A DNA stretch of 63,570 nt, counting the filler, from Octopus bimaculoides (taxonomy: Eukaryota): assembly GCF_001194135.2 (NCBI RefSeq). It is 6 parts of 6 records of this genome, joined end to end, with 100 filler letters (N's around TTAATTAATTAA, not from the genome) between each part and the next. Parts side by side here need not be neighbours in the genome. Positions count along the whole stretch, not along the records: positions 34,318 to 53,519 come from NC_068981.1; 5 more parts are not named here. One strand, given 5' to 3'. Position 1 is the stretch's first letter. Each line of letters begins with the position of its first letter. Both the position numbers and the translations under genes were made by a program. Shown here piece after piece: positions 38,716-49,767 of this stretch. The notes below the pieces were generated by a model, which was not told the origin of the DNA, did no database searches, and saw only the letters and a list, made by a program, of their open reading frames with translations.

Positions 38716-40364
38716 CTTGTCTTGACATTTTGTGCTGGTGATTTTGAAGAATAATCTTTTGAGCTGCTTTGCAGCGGTTTGAGTATTTACGTGTTTTGGT
38801 TGTGCTTTCTTTTCTCGTAAGAGAAGAGACAGCCGGTTAAAGAATGTCTGAAAACAATTATTCAGACATATCTTCGTCCGAGGAGGAGTTGCGGGAGGCT
38901 GTGAAAATAATGGACCAAATGCTGACAACAGAGAAGAGGAATTTTGCTGATGCAGCAAGGTGCAGGGAGACGGAGCTGAATATTGGCGAACTAGGAAGGC
39001 ATAAAGGAGAAATGTCACGAGACGGGTTCGAAGTGAAGCTGAGGCCCCCGCAAGAAATAAAAGACAGAATAAGGCAGAAAACGATAAACTATCAAACCTA
39101 TTCAATAAATAAAGGAAAAATTGACGTCGTCACAACATAAAAAATAGAAAAGGCGTTGAGGCAGATTTGGGATGATATAACATACCTGGCCAGAGGCTCC
39201 ACTTTTGGAACAGTAGAAGTGAGGTTCCAGAATGCAGCAGCAGCAAGGAAACATGCAGCTTCAACAATTCGAAGTGAAGAAGTGGTGCTGTTGCCCACGT
39301 ATAGAGGCAGGAGAGCAACAAGGGTCACGGTGGAAGGAATCCCACCGGAGATTGATGTGTCCTGGGTGGCAGATGTGGTCCTCTGTGGTAATGAGGTCAA
39401 CATAGTAGTACTCCAGGCCAAGAAAAAAGACTGCGTTAACTGGAGAGGTCAGCAACTGGAGATGATAGTCCAAGGGTCAAAAGAAACGGTAGAAAAGATT
39501 ACAGAGACTATAACCATGGATGAAATAACTATGACTGTTAGGGTGGAAGGAAGAGTTCCACGCTGCTTAAAATGTGGCCTGAAGGGACACATAAGAGCGA
39601 ACTGCCCTACACCACTCAAAATGGTAGAGGAGCAACAGCCACCAACACAAGAGAGGAGACAAGAAGAAGTGGAAAAAGAAACTCCAGAAGATAAGGAATG
39701 GGAAACAGCCGTGAGGAGGAAAAAAAGAAAATGAAAGAAAGTAAGTAATTGTGAACCCCAACCCACCCAGGGCCCATCCGCTCCCTTTTCACCTCACCCT
39801 CCCCATACAGACACCAAACCTACCCAATCCCCTCCAAGAAAACAAAAAAAATACAAACACACATGATGAAAATAAGATTTCCCCTCCCCCTGTTTGTTTT
39901 GCTTGCATTCTGTATGAGAACACAGGAGATGACATGGTAAAACGGTTGAACGAATGGAAGGATATGGTGGAAGTAGAATTCTTGGATGATGATGGTGAGA
40001 CTACGATGTACTATTTGGGAAACAAAGAACAATGGGAAATAGTAAAAAAGAATGATAAAGGCATTGATTGGTGGAAAGTCATCGGCGATAGAGACAAGTT
40101 GCCGAAAAGGATTAATTATACTAAACTAAAAGAGGACTATGGCATTGAACTGCTAGATTTAAGGCATTGAACAACAAAACGGTATCAATGTAACCACTCG
40201 ATGTCAGGGGTCGAGTGAGCATTCCACCTCATTATATCATCGTTTTCATAATTCATTCTTTTCTTTTATTTTGTTTCTCTCTTCATACCTCCATTTTATA
40301 ATTTTAGTTCCCCGATTGTGTTTGTCCCCTTTTTTGTTTAGCCCCTGGTGGGTAATAAAGAGAT
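38716..40364 (+). mobile_element. ORF1-only non-autonomous Tx1-type element (element B, half-L1/HAL1-like)
   Basis: 5' UTR, then ORF1 only, then a 3' UTR whose last ~70 bp match element A. No APE or RT. Flanked by a 29 bp direct repeat with 2 mismatches (38687-38715 and 40365-40393). Confidence 0.8.
38844..40170 (+). pseudogene. ORF1-like protein of element B (zinc knuckle), probably one ~440 aa frame broken by a stop at 39138-39140 and a frameshift near 39735
   Basis: QKTINYQTYS...IEKALRQIWDDITYLARGSTFGTVEVRF...VLLPTYRGRR...VEGRVPRCLKCGLKGHIRANC aligns with ORF1 of element A. The C-terminal piece (39751-40170) is also open in the second copy at 34500-34736. Confidence 0.75.
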
Positions 40365-40403
40365 CTTTCCCTTTGTGCATGTCGTGATATTTGTACGTAA
40401 GTT

Positions 40404-40485
40404 TACCCTGACGAGGGGGTCATCACCAGTTTGCAATCTATTGTGTTTAGGATACAGTGGTGTACTCCCAAAATGGCCATAGGTG
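40404..40485 (+). ncRNA. Type I hammerhead ribozyme motif, G12-to-A mutant
   Basis: UACC / CUGACGA / GGGGGU...ACUCCC (extended by CACCA:UGGUG) / AAAA in place of GAAA / palindromic UGGCCA / UA / GGUG. The CG-to-CA change at 40469-40470 is the typical CpG decay product. Confidence 0.65.
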
Positions 40486-41514
40486 TTGTACGTGGTTTTC
40501 GTGAAATCGATTTTACTGATTGATACCTGCTGGGTGCTGTAATTGTATTTTAACCCATGTGTTGTGAACTTTTGGACATGGTGAGCGGAATTAGATTTTA
40601 CATGTTTTACCTGCTGATACCTGCTGGGTGCCTGTTGTTCACTCTTGTATATGCCTAACTGGTGTGGACTTGCCTATTGGTGTCTACTGTTTTTGAGTTG
40701 AAAATGTGCCCGAGGGAGATGAAGAACTTTGAGTTTTAACTCTAAATGGTGTTAAATCATTTCTGTCCTTGATTTTTAACCGATGGACTACTTTATGGTA
40801 CGTCTTTTCTTTATTTTATTTTACTTTATTTTATATCGACCTATATTATATTATATATTTGAAATTTTTATTCATTTTATTCGTATTAATTTTAACTTCT
40901 ATGAAATGATATTTACGTGTATTGTATTATACCTTTAACTCAATTTTTTCATTTGTATGTTATCGGTTGAAACATTATATTTGTGTATAAAATTTTATAC
41001 TATATGTTCTATTTCTTGCATCTTACTTCTTATATATTTCTTTATTTGTTATTTCTTCTTACATTATTTTTCTTACGTTATATCTTCTTATTCCTTATTT
41101 TTGACGGATTATGTTGTATATCTTATATATGTTCATTGAGGGGGTATGATATGTTGAGTAGTTAACCCAGCGTTTTTATTCTATAACTAATATTTTACTC
41201 TTGTCTCAATTATTCTGAGCACTTCTCCTTGCAGCCCTGTATAAAATCTATTGGTTTCCTAATAAGAAACCATTAACATTACATATATACATATATANNN
41301 NNNNNNNNNNNNNNNNNNNNNNNNNNNNNNNNNNNNNNNNNNNNNNNNNNNNNNNNNNNNNNNNNNNNNNNNNNNNNNNNNNNNNNNNNNNNNNNNNNNN
41401 NNNNNNNNNNNNNNNNNNNNNNNNNNNNNNNNNNNNNNNNNNNNNNNNNNNNNNNNNNNNNNNNNNNNNNNNNNNNNNNNNNNNNNNNNNNNNNNNNNNN
41501 NNNNNNNNNTATAT

Positions 41515-41545
<31 letters not shown>

Positions 41546-41871
41546 CAGATAGATAGATAGATTGATTGATAGATAGATAGATTTACTACATTGTATGTGT
41601 ATACATATGTGTGTGATTTTTTTGTTTGTTTTTAATTTTTGCAAGTAATACTTAACAATTTCAAGCTTTTGAAGCTGTTCCACTTTATATGATTTATTCC
41701 TAAAATATTTGATGTGAGCTATCATTACTGGTTGTAGTGATTGTATTTGTTTTTGTATTCAAAACTTCATTCTTTGTCTCATAATGCTGAATTTACGTTA
41801 TTACGTTCCTACATTCTAATGATCAGGTTAATTTTCTCCTTTTCTCATTGGAACATCTAATCAGTATTTAT

Positions 41872-42070
41872 ACTCTTTCATTTGTTTCAGTCATTTCCCT
41901 GTAGCCATGCTGAAGCACCTCCTTTAGTTGAAAAAATGAATCCCAAAACTTGTCCTTTGTAAGCCTAGTACTTACTCTATCAGTCTCTTTTGCCGAACTG
42001 CTAGTTACGGGGCGTAGACACACCAACATTGGTTGTCGAGCAATGGTTGGGGGACAAACATAGACACACC
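41872..42070 (-). mobile_element. SINE 3' half
   Basis: TTTGTTTCAGTCATT..GTAGCCATGCTGAAGCACC...AAGCCTAGTACTTACTCTATCAGTCTCTTTTGCCGAAC is the reverse complement of 27470-27665. Confidence 0.8.
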
Positions 42071-42291
42071 AACATATGTATACCTAATATACTGAACATC
42101 ATCAATATATATTTAATACACTGTATGTATTTGTATACACACTTATTCTACTGTTATTATTCTACTTCCTATATTCACCTATAGCCTTTTGTATTTAACT
42201 TACTGAAAAGTATCATGTGTTCAACTTTAGACTATTTACTTATTACACTGCATGCATGTATTTCTTGATTTGATCAGAACAAAGAACAGAA

Positions 42292-42470
42292 ATAATTTGA
42301 AATTACAGATTGAAAATTCAGAAGGCCAAAATGTGCTGGATCCGCCTCATGTCTATAACATTATTCTTCAGGAACTTTTGCAGTGGAAGTGAACTATAAT
42401 TCTTATGTACATGTATAGCTATTGCACCAAATGTGTCAAATATGTTGTAAATGTGCAGCTTTTGCATTAA
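42292..42470. repeat. Dispersed repeat, copy 1 (copy 2 at about 53010-53172)
   Basis: TTGAAAATTCAGAAGGCCAA..GTG...CCTCATGT.TATA...TTTGCAGTG...GCACCAAAT.TGTCAAATATGTTGTAAATG is present at both loci. Confidence 0.75.
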
Positions 42471-42845
42471 CTAAACCTGCAGCCCCTTGAAAATCTTTAG
42501 AGAATGTATGCTGCCTGTTTGTAAGATCACGTACCCATTTGTGAATATGCATATATATTATAGGAGTTCTGAATACATATGCATGCACATTTAGAAATTA
42601 GGTGAAAGATATATTGTAGAAAATAACATTATGTAGAATAACATGGGAATCATTGACTACAACATATTGTATATATTAAAAGTAATCAAACCTGAACACA
42701 ATTTTGGGTGTGATATATATAATTCTCATATTTTAGCATTTATATTTACATAGTCATACTCTCATTAGCAACTTACATCATGTACATTTGTCAAGGATAC
42801 CTGTTTCATCATTGACACAGTCATTATTGATGGCTCAAGTATTCT

Positions 42846-42884
<39 letters not shown>

Positions 42885-43087
42885 AATTCAACATTGAATA
42901 TATTCCGTGTATATATTTTTATTCCTGTCTCCACATGGGTACCCAAAAACAACCCGGAAGTATTTCCCGCTTCTTTGATGAAGATATATACAGATAAATT
43001 TCATTCCCTTTACTCTGTCGGATACGTAGTGTGTTCGTTTTTGGTGAGGTGAGAATTCTGTTTATTTATATATATTTTGGGGACAAT

Positions 43088-43149
43088 ACTGTGCTGATGA
43101 ACGAAATCTAGATTCATTCTAGTAATCGCGAAATCGGTCGATACACAGT
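43088..43149 (+). ncRNA. Type I hammerhead ribozyme motif with intact catalytic core
   Basis: ACUGUG / CUGAUGA / A-CGA..CUAGA-UUCAU-UCUAG..UCG-C / GAAA / UCG-GU-CGA / UA / CACAGU. Stem I is a perfect 6 bp and all core residues are present. The only defect is an A-C mismatch at 10.1-11.1. Predicted cut after 43143. Confidence 0.8.
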
Positions 43150-43282
43150 TAAGTTTATTTAAAAGAAAGTTGGTCATCTTCTGTTGGTTGTTTTTTCCTC
43201 GCATTAGGTACTAAATGTGGTTATTTTTGAGAAGTCCTCTGTGTGGCGTTATTATTTTTCTGTAATAATGCCCTTTATATAA

Positions 43283-43321
<39 letters not shown>

Positions 43322-43323
<2 letters not shown>

Positions 43324-43600
43324 CTGGTGCTGCATTGGTTATGATGACGGGAGTTCCAGTTGATCTGACCAAAGGAACAGCCTGCTCATGAAATTAGCAT
43401 GCAAGTGGCTGAACACTCCACAAACATGCGTTCCCTTAACATAGTTCTCAGGGAGATTCAGTATGACACAGAATAAGACAAGGCTGGCCCTTTTGAATTA
43501 GAGGTACAACTCACCTTTGCCAGTTGAATGGACTGAAGCTATGTGAAATAAAGTACCTTGCTCAAGGACACAATGTTCCTCTAGGAATCAAACCACTAAG
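43322..43600 (-). mobile_element. tRNA-derived SINE (related to 57505-57758)
   Basis: The reverse strand reads GTGGTTTGATTCC...TTGTGTCCTTGAGCAAGGTACTTTATTTCACATAGCTTCAGTCCATTCAACTGG, matching the body of the 57505 SINE. Confidence 0.65.
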
Positions 43601-43653
43601 CAATGCACCTTCACTTACATATGCACACACACAATATATATGTAATATACATA

Positions 43654-43743
<90 letters not shown>

Positions 43744-43986
43744 CTCATAAAGAAAACAATGAATCAAGGGACACTACGTCTGAAAGACATCCTTTTAGTG
43801 GTTATCTCTCTTGGATTTGATTTTGGGCAGTCAAATGGCAAATTTGTTTACATATTCCTATATTATATTCTAGGTGTATGTGATGTTTATATGCTTGTGT
43901 GCTTGTAGTTCATCATGGGGGAATACTTCTTGTGTGCGGAGTTCGTGTGTTATGTATATTTAAAAATCTCACGTTCAGGAAAGGGG

Positions 43987-44267
43987 CTATCCTGGTGAGA
44001 TTAGCAGCGCAGGTGGTGGTTCCTCTTTGAAGTGTTCGAGTGTGAAATATTGCTTGTGTATGCAGGGAGAGAAGATTTCATCCCTAATATTTAGAATGTT
44101 ATCTGTCCTCCGTATTTTTTTGGCTTTTATCTGGGGTTTAGTTATTCTACCTTCTTTCAATGTCCATATCATACTGGATAGGGATGTTGCATGTTTATTT
44201 TATTTTGTCTCTGAATGACACCAGACGTGTGTACTTTTCTGTGAATAAGTTGCCTGTCATTCCAGTA
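43987..44267 (-). pseudogene. Penelope-like GIY-YIG endonuclease fragment
   Basis: YTGMTGNLFTEKY...VSFRDK, then (frameshift) HATSLSSMIWTLKE...PQIK...ILNIRDEIFSPCIHKQYFTLEHFK. This fits the PLE pattern YIGMT..FK.RY..H..SF; T.LS.YIW.LK; LN.R.E....C.H. Confidence 0.7.
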
Positions 44268-44965
44268 CTTAAAATTAATATTCAATCACTTCCCACATTC
44301 ACATAAATACCACAAGATTTTCAACAGAAACACTGTTACAGTTAGCTATAGTTGCCTCCCCAATATAGGATCAATAATATTCGATCACAATAAAAATAAT
44401 CACACCAAAGATACTCCTGAAAATTTAATGCAATCTCAGATCTCCAAACTGCTACCCTCTAAACAACAACTGACTTCAAAATGAACACGTATGCAAAGCC
44501 AAGATCATGGTTCCCAACAGAGCAGCAAGTGTGATGTTATCCAAAAGATGTCAAAAGATGTCATCCAAGAGTTGCGTCTCTTGATTCATTATTTTTTTTT
44601 TTAGAATCTCCATGAATTCAACATGACTTTATTTTTATCTAAAATGGAGATGATCACCATTCCTTCATGTGATCAGCTTGAAAAATTGTTAAGATATTAA
44701 GATGTTTTTCTTAACATGAAACCAATAGTGGCCTTAATTCACAAATAGAGTTAACTGAGCAAAAACCAAAGTCTTAGTAAGTAAAAAGGCAGACAAATCA
44801 CAAATCCCTTCAGGTAGATGGCCCTGCTCGATCTGTAGAAAAGACATAGGTAGAGACTCCATATGATGCACCCAGTTTAAGCTTTGGACATATAAAAGGT
44901 GCAGCAGTATCATAGGAAGGTTAACAGGGAAACTAGCTTTTGTATGTGGAAGATGCACAAGTACA

Positions 44966-45530
44966 ATGAACGCTAAAAATGTTCAGAAAATAGACTCCAT
45001 CAACTGTCAGAGGGGCAAGTTAGAGGTAGTAGATAACTTCCATTATCTAAGTAACCAAGTTAGTAGTGGAGGTAAATACTCCGAGTGCATAGCTGTGAGA
45101 ATAAAATTTGGCTGGGCAAAGTTCAGAGAGTTCCTACCTCTGCTGGCAACAAAGGCCTCTCTCTCAGACTGAAAGGCTGAGTGTATGATGCCTGTGTGCA
45201 AATAGGTATGCTACATGGCAGTGAAACAGGCTGTGACAGCTAAGGACATAGTCTGTGTAAAGAAGTTTTGATCTCTAACTGTGGAGGGAACTTGTGGTAG
45301 AGGTAGACCCAGAAAGACATGAGACAAGGTGGTGAACTTTGAGCCTCACAGAAGCAATGACTAATGACCGAGACCTTTGGCTATATGCTGTACTTGAGAG
45401 GGCTCGTCAAGTTAAGTGAAGTGAAATCATACTCATGGCTGATGCTGGTGTCATGTAACTAGCACCCATGCCAATGGCACTTAAAGAATACCATTTGAGC
45501 GTTGGGCCTCATGGAGGCAAAGTGGCTGAG
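44966..45530 (+). mobile_element. RTE LINE 3' fragment
   Basis: GKLEVVDNFHYLSNQVSSGG...AVRIKFGWAKFREFLPLL; LYDACVQIGMLHGSET; VEGTCGRGRPRKT. Parallel to 46285-47570. Confidence 0.8.
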
Positions 45531-45544
45531 TTCCCTTCAAGTGT

Positions 45545-45790
45545 TTGGCCTCAAGGAAGCAATGACTCATTGTGGATCCTAACATGTCTTTTAAGACCCC
45601 CCATTGGATTTGCAAACCCTCTGCCACACACCACATTGAAACGTGTGCACAGACATATAATTAGAATAGCTGGATGAGGTTTGTTTTCCATGGGTTCGCA
45701 GGTGTGATTTGAGGCCAGCCAAGGACAGACATGGTCTGTCACAGACTGTGCACACAAAAAGGTCCTTGTCATACACATATTTGTCTGTAT
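45545..45790 (-). pseudogene. Two tandem C2H2 zinc-finger motifs, second one frameshifted
   Basis: FVCTVCDRPCLSLAGLKSHLRTH and FQCGVWQRVCKSNG/GLKRHVRIH, with one extra G and a C-to-W change. Confidence 0.6.
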
Positions 45791-46284
45791 GCATGTACTT
45801 AAGTGAATACATATAACACAACCTGTGTCTTGTGTATGGATAACAGTTAGAGACATAAACATTACAAAATGCAACAAAATCAATCAAAATAACATATACA
45901 ACTGGTCAGATAGGTAATCCTGTTGATCAATATGTATTATACAAGAATGTTTTGTTTATAGATGCGAGCACTTTACTGTGATCTCATCAGATTTGTTAAT
46001 CAAGTTACCCTTGCAGTTCAAAATAACTAGCACCTCATTACTGAAGTTCTGACTGAATCTTGTTTTTTATTTTTCCTTTGTCAATTAACATATATCCTTT
46101 TAACATTTTAAATGCTTGAAAGTCTGCTCATGAAAGATTATATACATCCTGTCTGTTTGAATAAAGTCAACACACTTATGAAGTGTTTTAGATCCATATT
46201 GCATTGCATATTTATTTCTAAAGTTGATTATTTCAAATAATGATGCCCAACAAGGTAAACAAACAATAATAATTCATGATGATA

Positions 46285-49200
46285 ATCATCATCATTTAAC
46301 ATCCATTTTCCATGCTGGCATAGGTTGGACGGTTTGACTGCACAAGGCTCCAATTTTATCTGGCAATGTTTCTACAGCTGGATGCCCTTCCTCATGCCAA
46401 CCACTCCGAGAGTGTAGTGGGTGCTTTTTACATGCCACCAGCACGGAAGCCAGTCATGCAGACCTGGTATCGACCACATTCGGGTAATGCTTTTTACATG
46501 CCACCGACATGGGACCCAGTCAGGGAGGGCGGGAGGCATCGACCACGTTCAGATGGTGCTTTTTACGTGCCACTGGCATGGGAGCCATTCAGGTGACACT
46601 GCCATCATCCTCATTCGGATGATGCATTTTATGTGACTGGCACGGGAGCCAGTCAGGGGGCACTGGCATCGACCACGTTTGGATGGTGCATTTTACATGC
46701 CACCGGCACGGAAGCCAGTCAGGGGGCACTGGCCACAGCTACGATATTAGTTTTACTTGACTCAACAATTCTTCTCAAGCATATATCGCCAACGCATCAT
46801 AGGTACTTTTAAACAGGTTGGACATGCAACACTGGCATCGGCCATAGCAGCGATCTCACTTTAGTTGCCAGGTCTTCTCAGTTACAGCATATCTCCAAAG
46901 GTTTCAATCTCCTGTCATTGCCACTGTGAAGCCCAATGTTCGAAGGTCATGCTTCACCACCTCATCCCATGTTTTCCTGGGTCTATCTTTTCCACAGGTT
47001 CCTTCCACAGTTAGGGTGTGGCACTTCCTCACGCAGCTGTCCTCATCCATATGTAACATATGATCATTCCAGTGCAGTCCTCTCTCTTGCACACCACATC
47101 TGATGCTTCTTATGTCCACCTTTTTTTTCTCAAGGTGCATACACACTGACATTTCATATCCGGCGGATCATACTAGCTTCATTTCTTTCAAGCCTCTGGA
47201 TGTCCTCAGCGGTCATGACCTGTGTTTCACTGCCGTGTAGCATGGCAGTTTGTGTTCATGCATCATACAGTCTACCTTTCATCCTGGGTGAGAGGCCTCA
47301 GAAGAGGTAAGAGCTCCTTGAACTTTGCCCAGGCTGTTCATATTCTAGCCACTACACACTCAGAGCATCCACCCCCACTACAGGCTTGGCCGCCTAGGTA
47401 ACAGAAGCTATCAACTACTTCTAGTTTTTCCCCCTCGGATGTGATGGAACCTGTTTTTTGTACATCTTCAGTGTTTATTGCCCCTGTACATCTGCCATAC
47501 ACAAAAACTTTCTTCCCACCAGATAAGGGATCGGGGGACCCTGTCAAAGGCTTTCTCCAAGTCAACAAAAGCCAAGTACAGAGGGTTATCTTTGGCTAGA
47601 TATTTCTCCTGCAGTTGCCTTATCAGAAATATATAGCATCAGTAGTGCTTCTGCCTGGCACAAAACCAAACTGCATCTCATCTAGGCTAACTCTCTCCCT
47701 AATTAGTTGGGCTATGACCCTCTCTGTAACTTTCATCACATGATCCAATAATTTGATACTCCTGTAGTTATTTCTATCTAAAGCATCACCTTTACCTTTG
47801 TAGCAGTTGACTCTGGTGCTGCTACACCAGTCATTGGGCATGACTATTTCATGAACTACCTGATTTACGATGTGGGTAACAAAACCAAAACTCACACTAC
47901 CCGATATTTCAAGCATTTCAGCGGTGATTCCTGATGAGCCAGGTGCTTTAACTATCTTCATATCCTTAATTGCTTTATCTACCAGGGTACTGTCGATTCA
48001 TGGAGCTGATCCCTCAATTGGGTCAACCTTTGGCAGACTCTCCTCCTCCCATTCATTCTCCACATTCAGCAGTCTTTCTTAATGACACCTCCAAGCCTCT
48101 TTCTTTGCAGAATCATTAAACGCAAGGGCACCATCATCCATGCAGACACACTTCTGTCCTATGACGTCACAATTTTCTCCCACACACTGTCTTGCAATCC
48201 AAAATACTTTAGTTCTTTGGTCCTCACATTGCTGAACATTGGTAAACTTCTTTTCTGCTACTCCATTGTGTCCTTGCTTTCCTTCTGGCTATCTGATACA
48301 GTTCCCTGCTACCCCCATTATTCCAGGTCTGTTTATTTGTTCTAATGGCCCTGTCTACAGTATTGTTTCAACACCATGTTACCCTAGGTCTGGAAGAGGA
48401 CCAGCCACAGATTTGGATTGTGGCACTCAGCAAACTGTCTCACAGGAATTCCCAGCTGCCTTCTAGGTTACAGGATTGTAGCTCCTCCTCCCTCTCATCA
48501 AATTTCTTGATAAGGATATCCCTAAATCTCTGACCATGTGAAGGGTTCTTAAACTTCCAAGTCCTCCTTTTCCAGATTGGTCTGCCTTTTGGCATCCTTC
48601 TGGCCTTGAGTCTAAAGTCACTAACAACTAGTCTATGCTGGGGGTACATTCTTCACCAGGGAGGGTCTTTGTATTTAAGAGCAACCACGCATCCCGCTGA
48701 TTGGTAAGAATGAAATCAACCTGGCTAGCAGAGTCACCTGATTGGTAGGTTATCAAGTGGTTGGCTGGCTTCTTGAAGTTGGTGTTGCAGATCAATAGGT
48801 TATTTGCATCACAGAACTCCAGGAACCTAGTTCCGTCTTCATTTCGAGAACTAATTCCATGTCCCCCATGCACACCATGAAAGATATCAGGTCACTGCCC
48901 AATATGCCCATTAAAATCTCCAGCCACAAAGATGAGATCATTGTCACTCATCTTTGATGTAGCCTGCAGAAGAATATCATAGAAGTGATCCTTTTGTTCA
49001 TTTAGTAAGCCCGCTTGTGAGGTGTAGACAGAGATAATTGTAGCTATACCATTCTGCAAGACCAGCCTGATTTTAAGTACTGTATCGCACACCCTGACTA
49101 CCTCTATGACCTTATCCACCCATTTTTCTGCAAGAAGTATGCCCACATCCTCTATTCCCTCACTGTTACCTTCCCAGAAGAGTTTGTACTGTGTGCTTTG

Positions 49201-49440
49201 CCTGTGAGGACTCTGGCTGCAGCTCCTCTCCACCTTACCTCTTGTACGCAACATACATTAACACGTCTCCATTCAAGCATCTCTACAATCTTGCTAGCCC
49301 TACCTTTCAAAGTGCCTACATTTACAGTGCCAACTCTGAAAACTGGGAAGGGGATATGGGAGGTAGGACAGGAAGTAGAGATGTTATTCAGCCCCTGAAA
49401 AGAAGACGTCAGAACAGTTGTTCTTGCTTTTTAACCCATG
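46285..49440 (-). mobile_element. RTE-clade LINE, near full-span with internal deletions
   Basis: APE (VGTVNVGTLKGR...LFWEGNSEG..GVGILLAEKWVDKV...AGDFNGHIG...HRLVVSDF) and RT (KAPGSSGITAEML...NYRSIKLLDHVMKV...QFGFVPGRSTTDAI...LEVVDSFCYLG...GKDRPRKTW). The 3' UTR has ~70 bp tandem units (46400-46730) and a (GAT)n tail at about 46285. Confidence 0.92.
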
Positions 49441-49767
49441 GGGGGATGGGCGTAAGGAAGCTGTGTAATGAAAGTGTCTGGGGTGCTGTAAGTATAAGTG
49501 TTGCGAGCATTGTGAATGTAAGCATTACTGATGCTGCAGATATAAATGTAAAAAAAAAAGTATAAATATGCCAATGTTAAATAAGATAAGTGGGCTACTA
49601 TCTGGTTTGGTTAGTCCAGAGAGGAGGAGAGAAAGGAGAGGGCGACGAGATTACCAATATAAGAGAGGGAGAAAGAAGAGCGACTGGATGTCTGGTAAGA
49701 GAAACATTTTCAATAATGGTGGTGGGAGCAGGAAAGGGTGGGTGCAACTACAAACAAGACAGTAATT

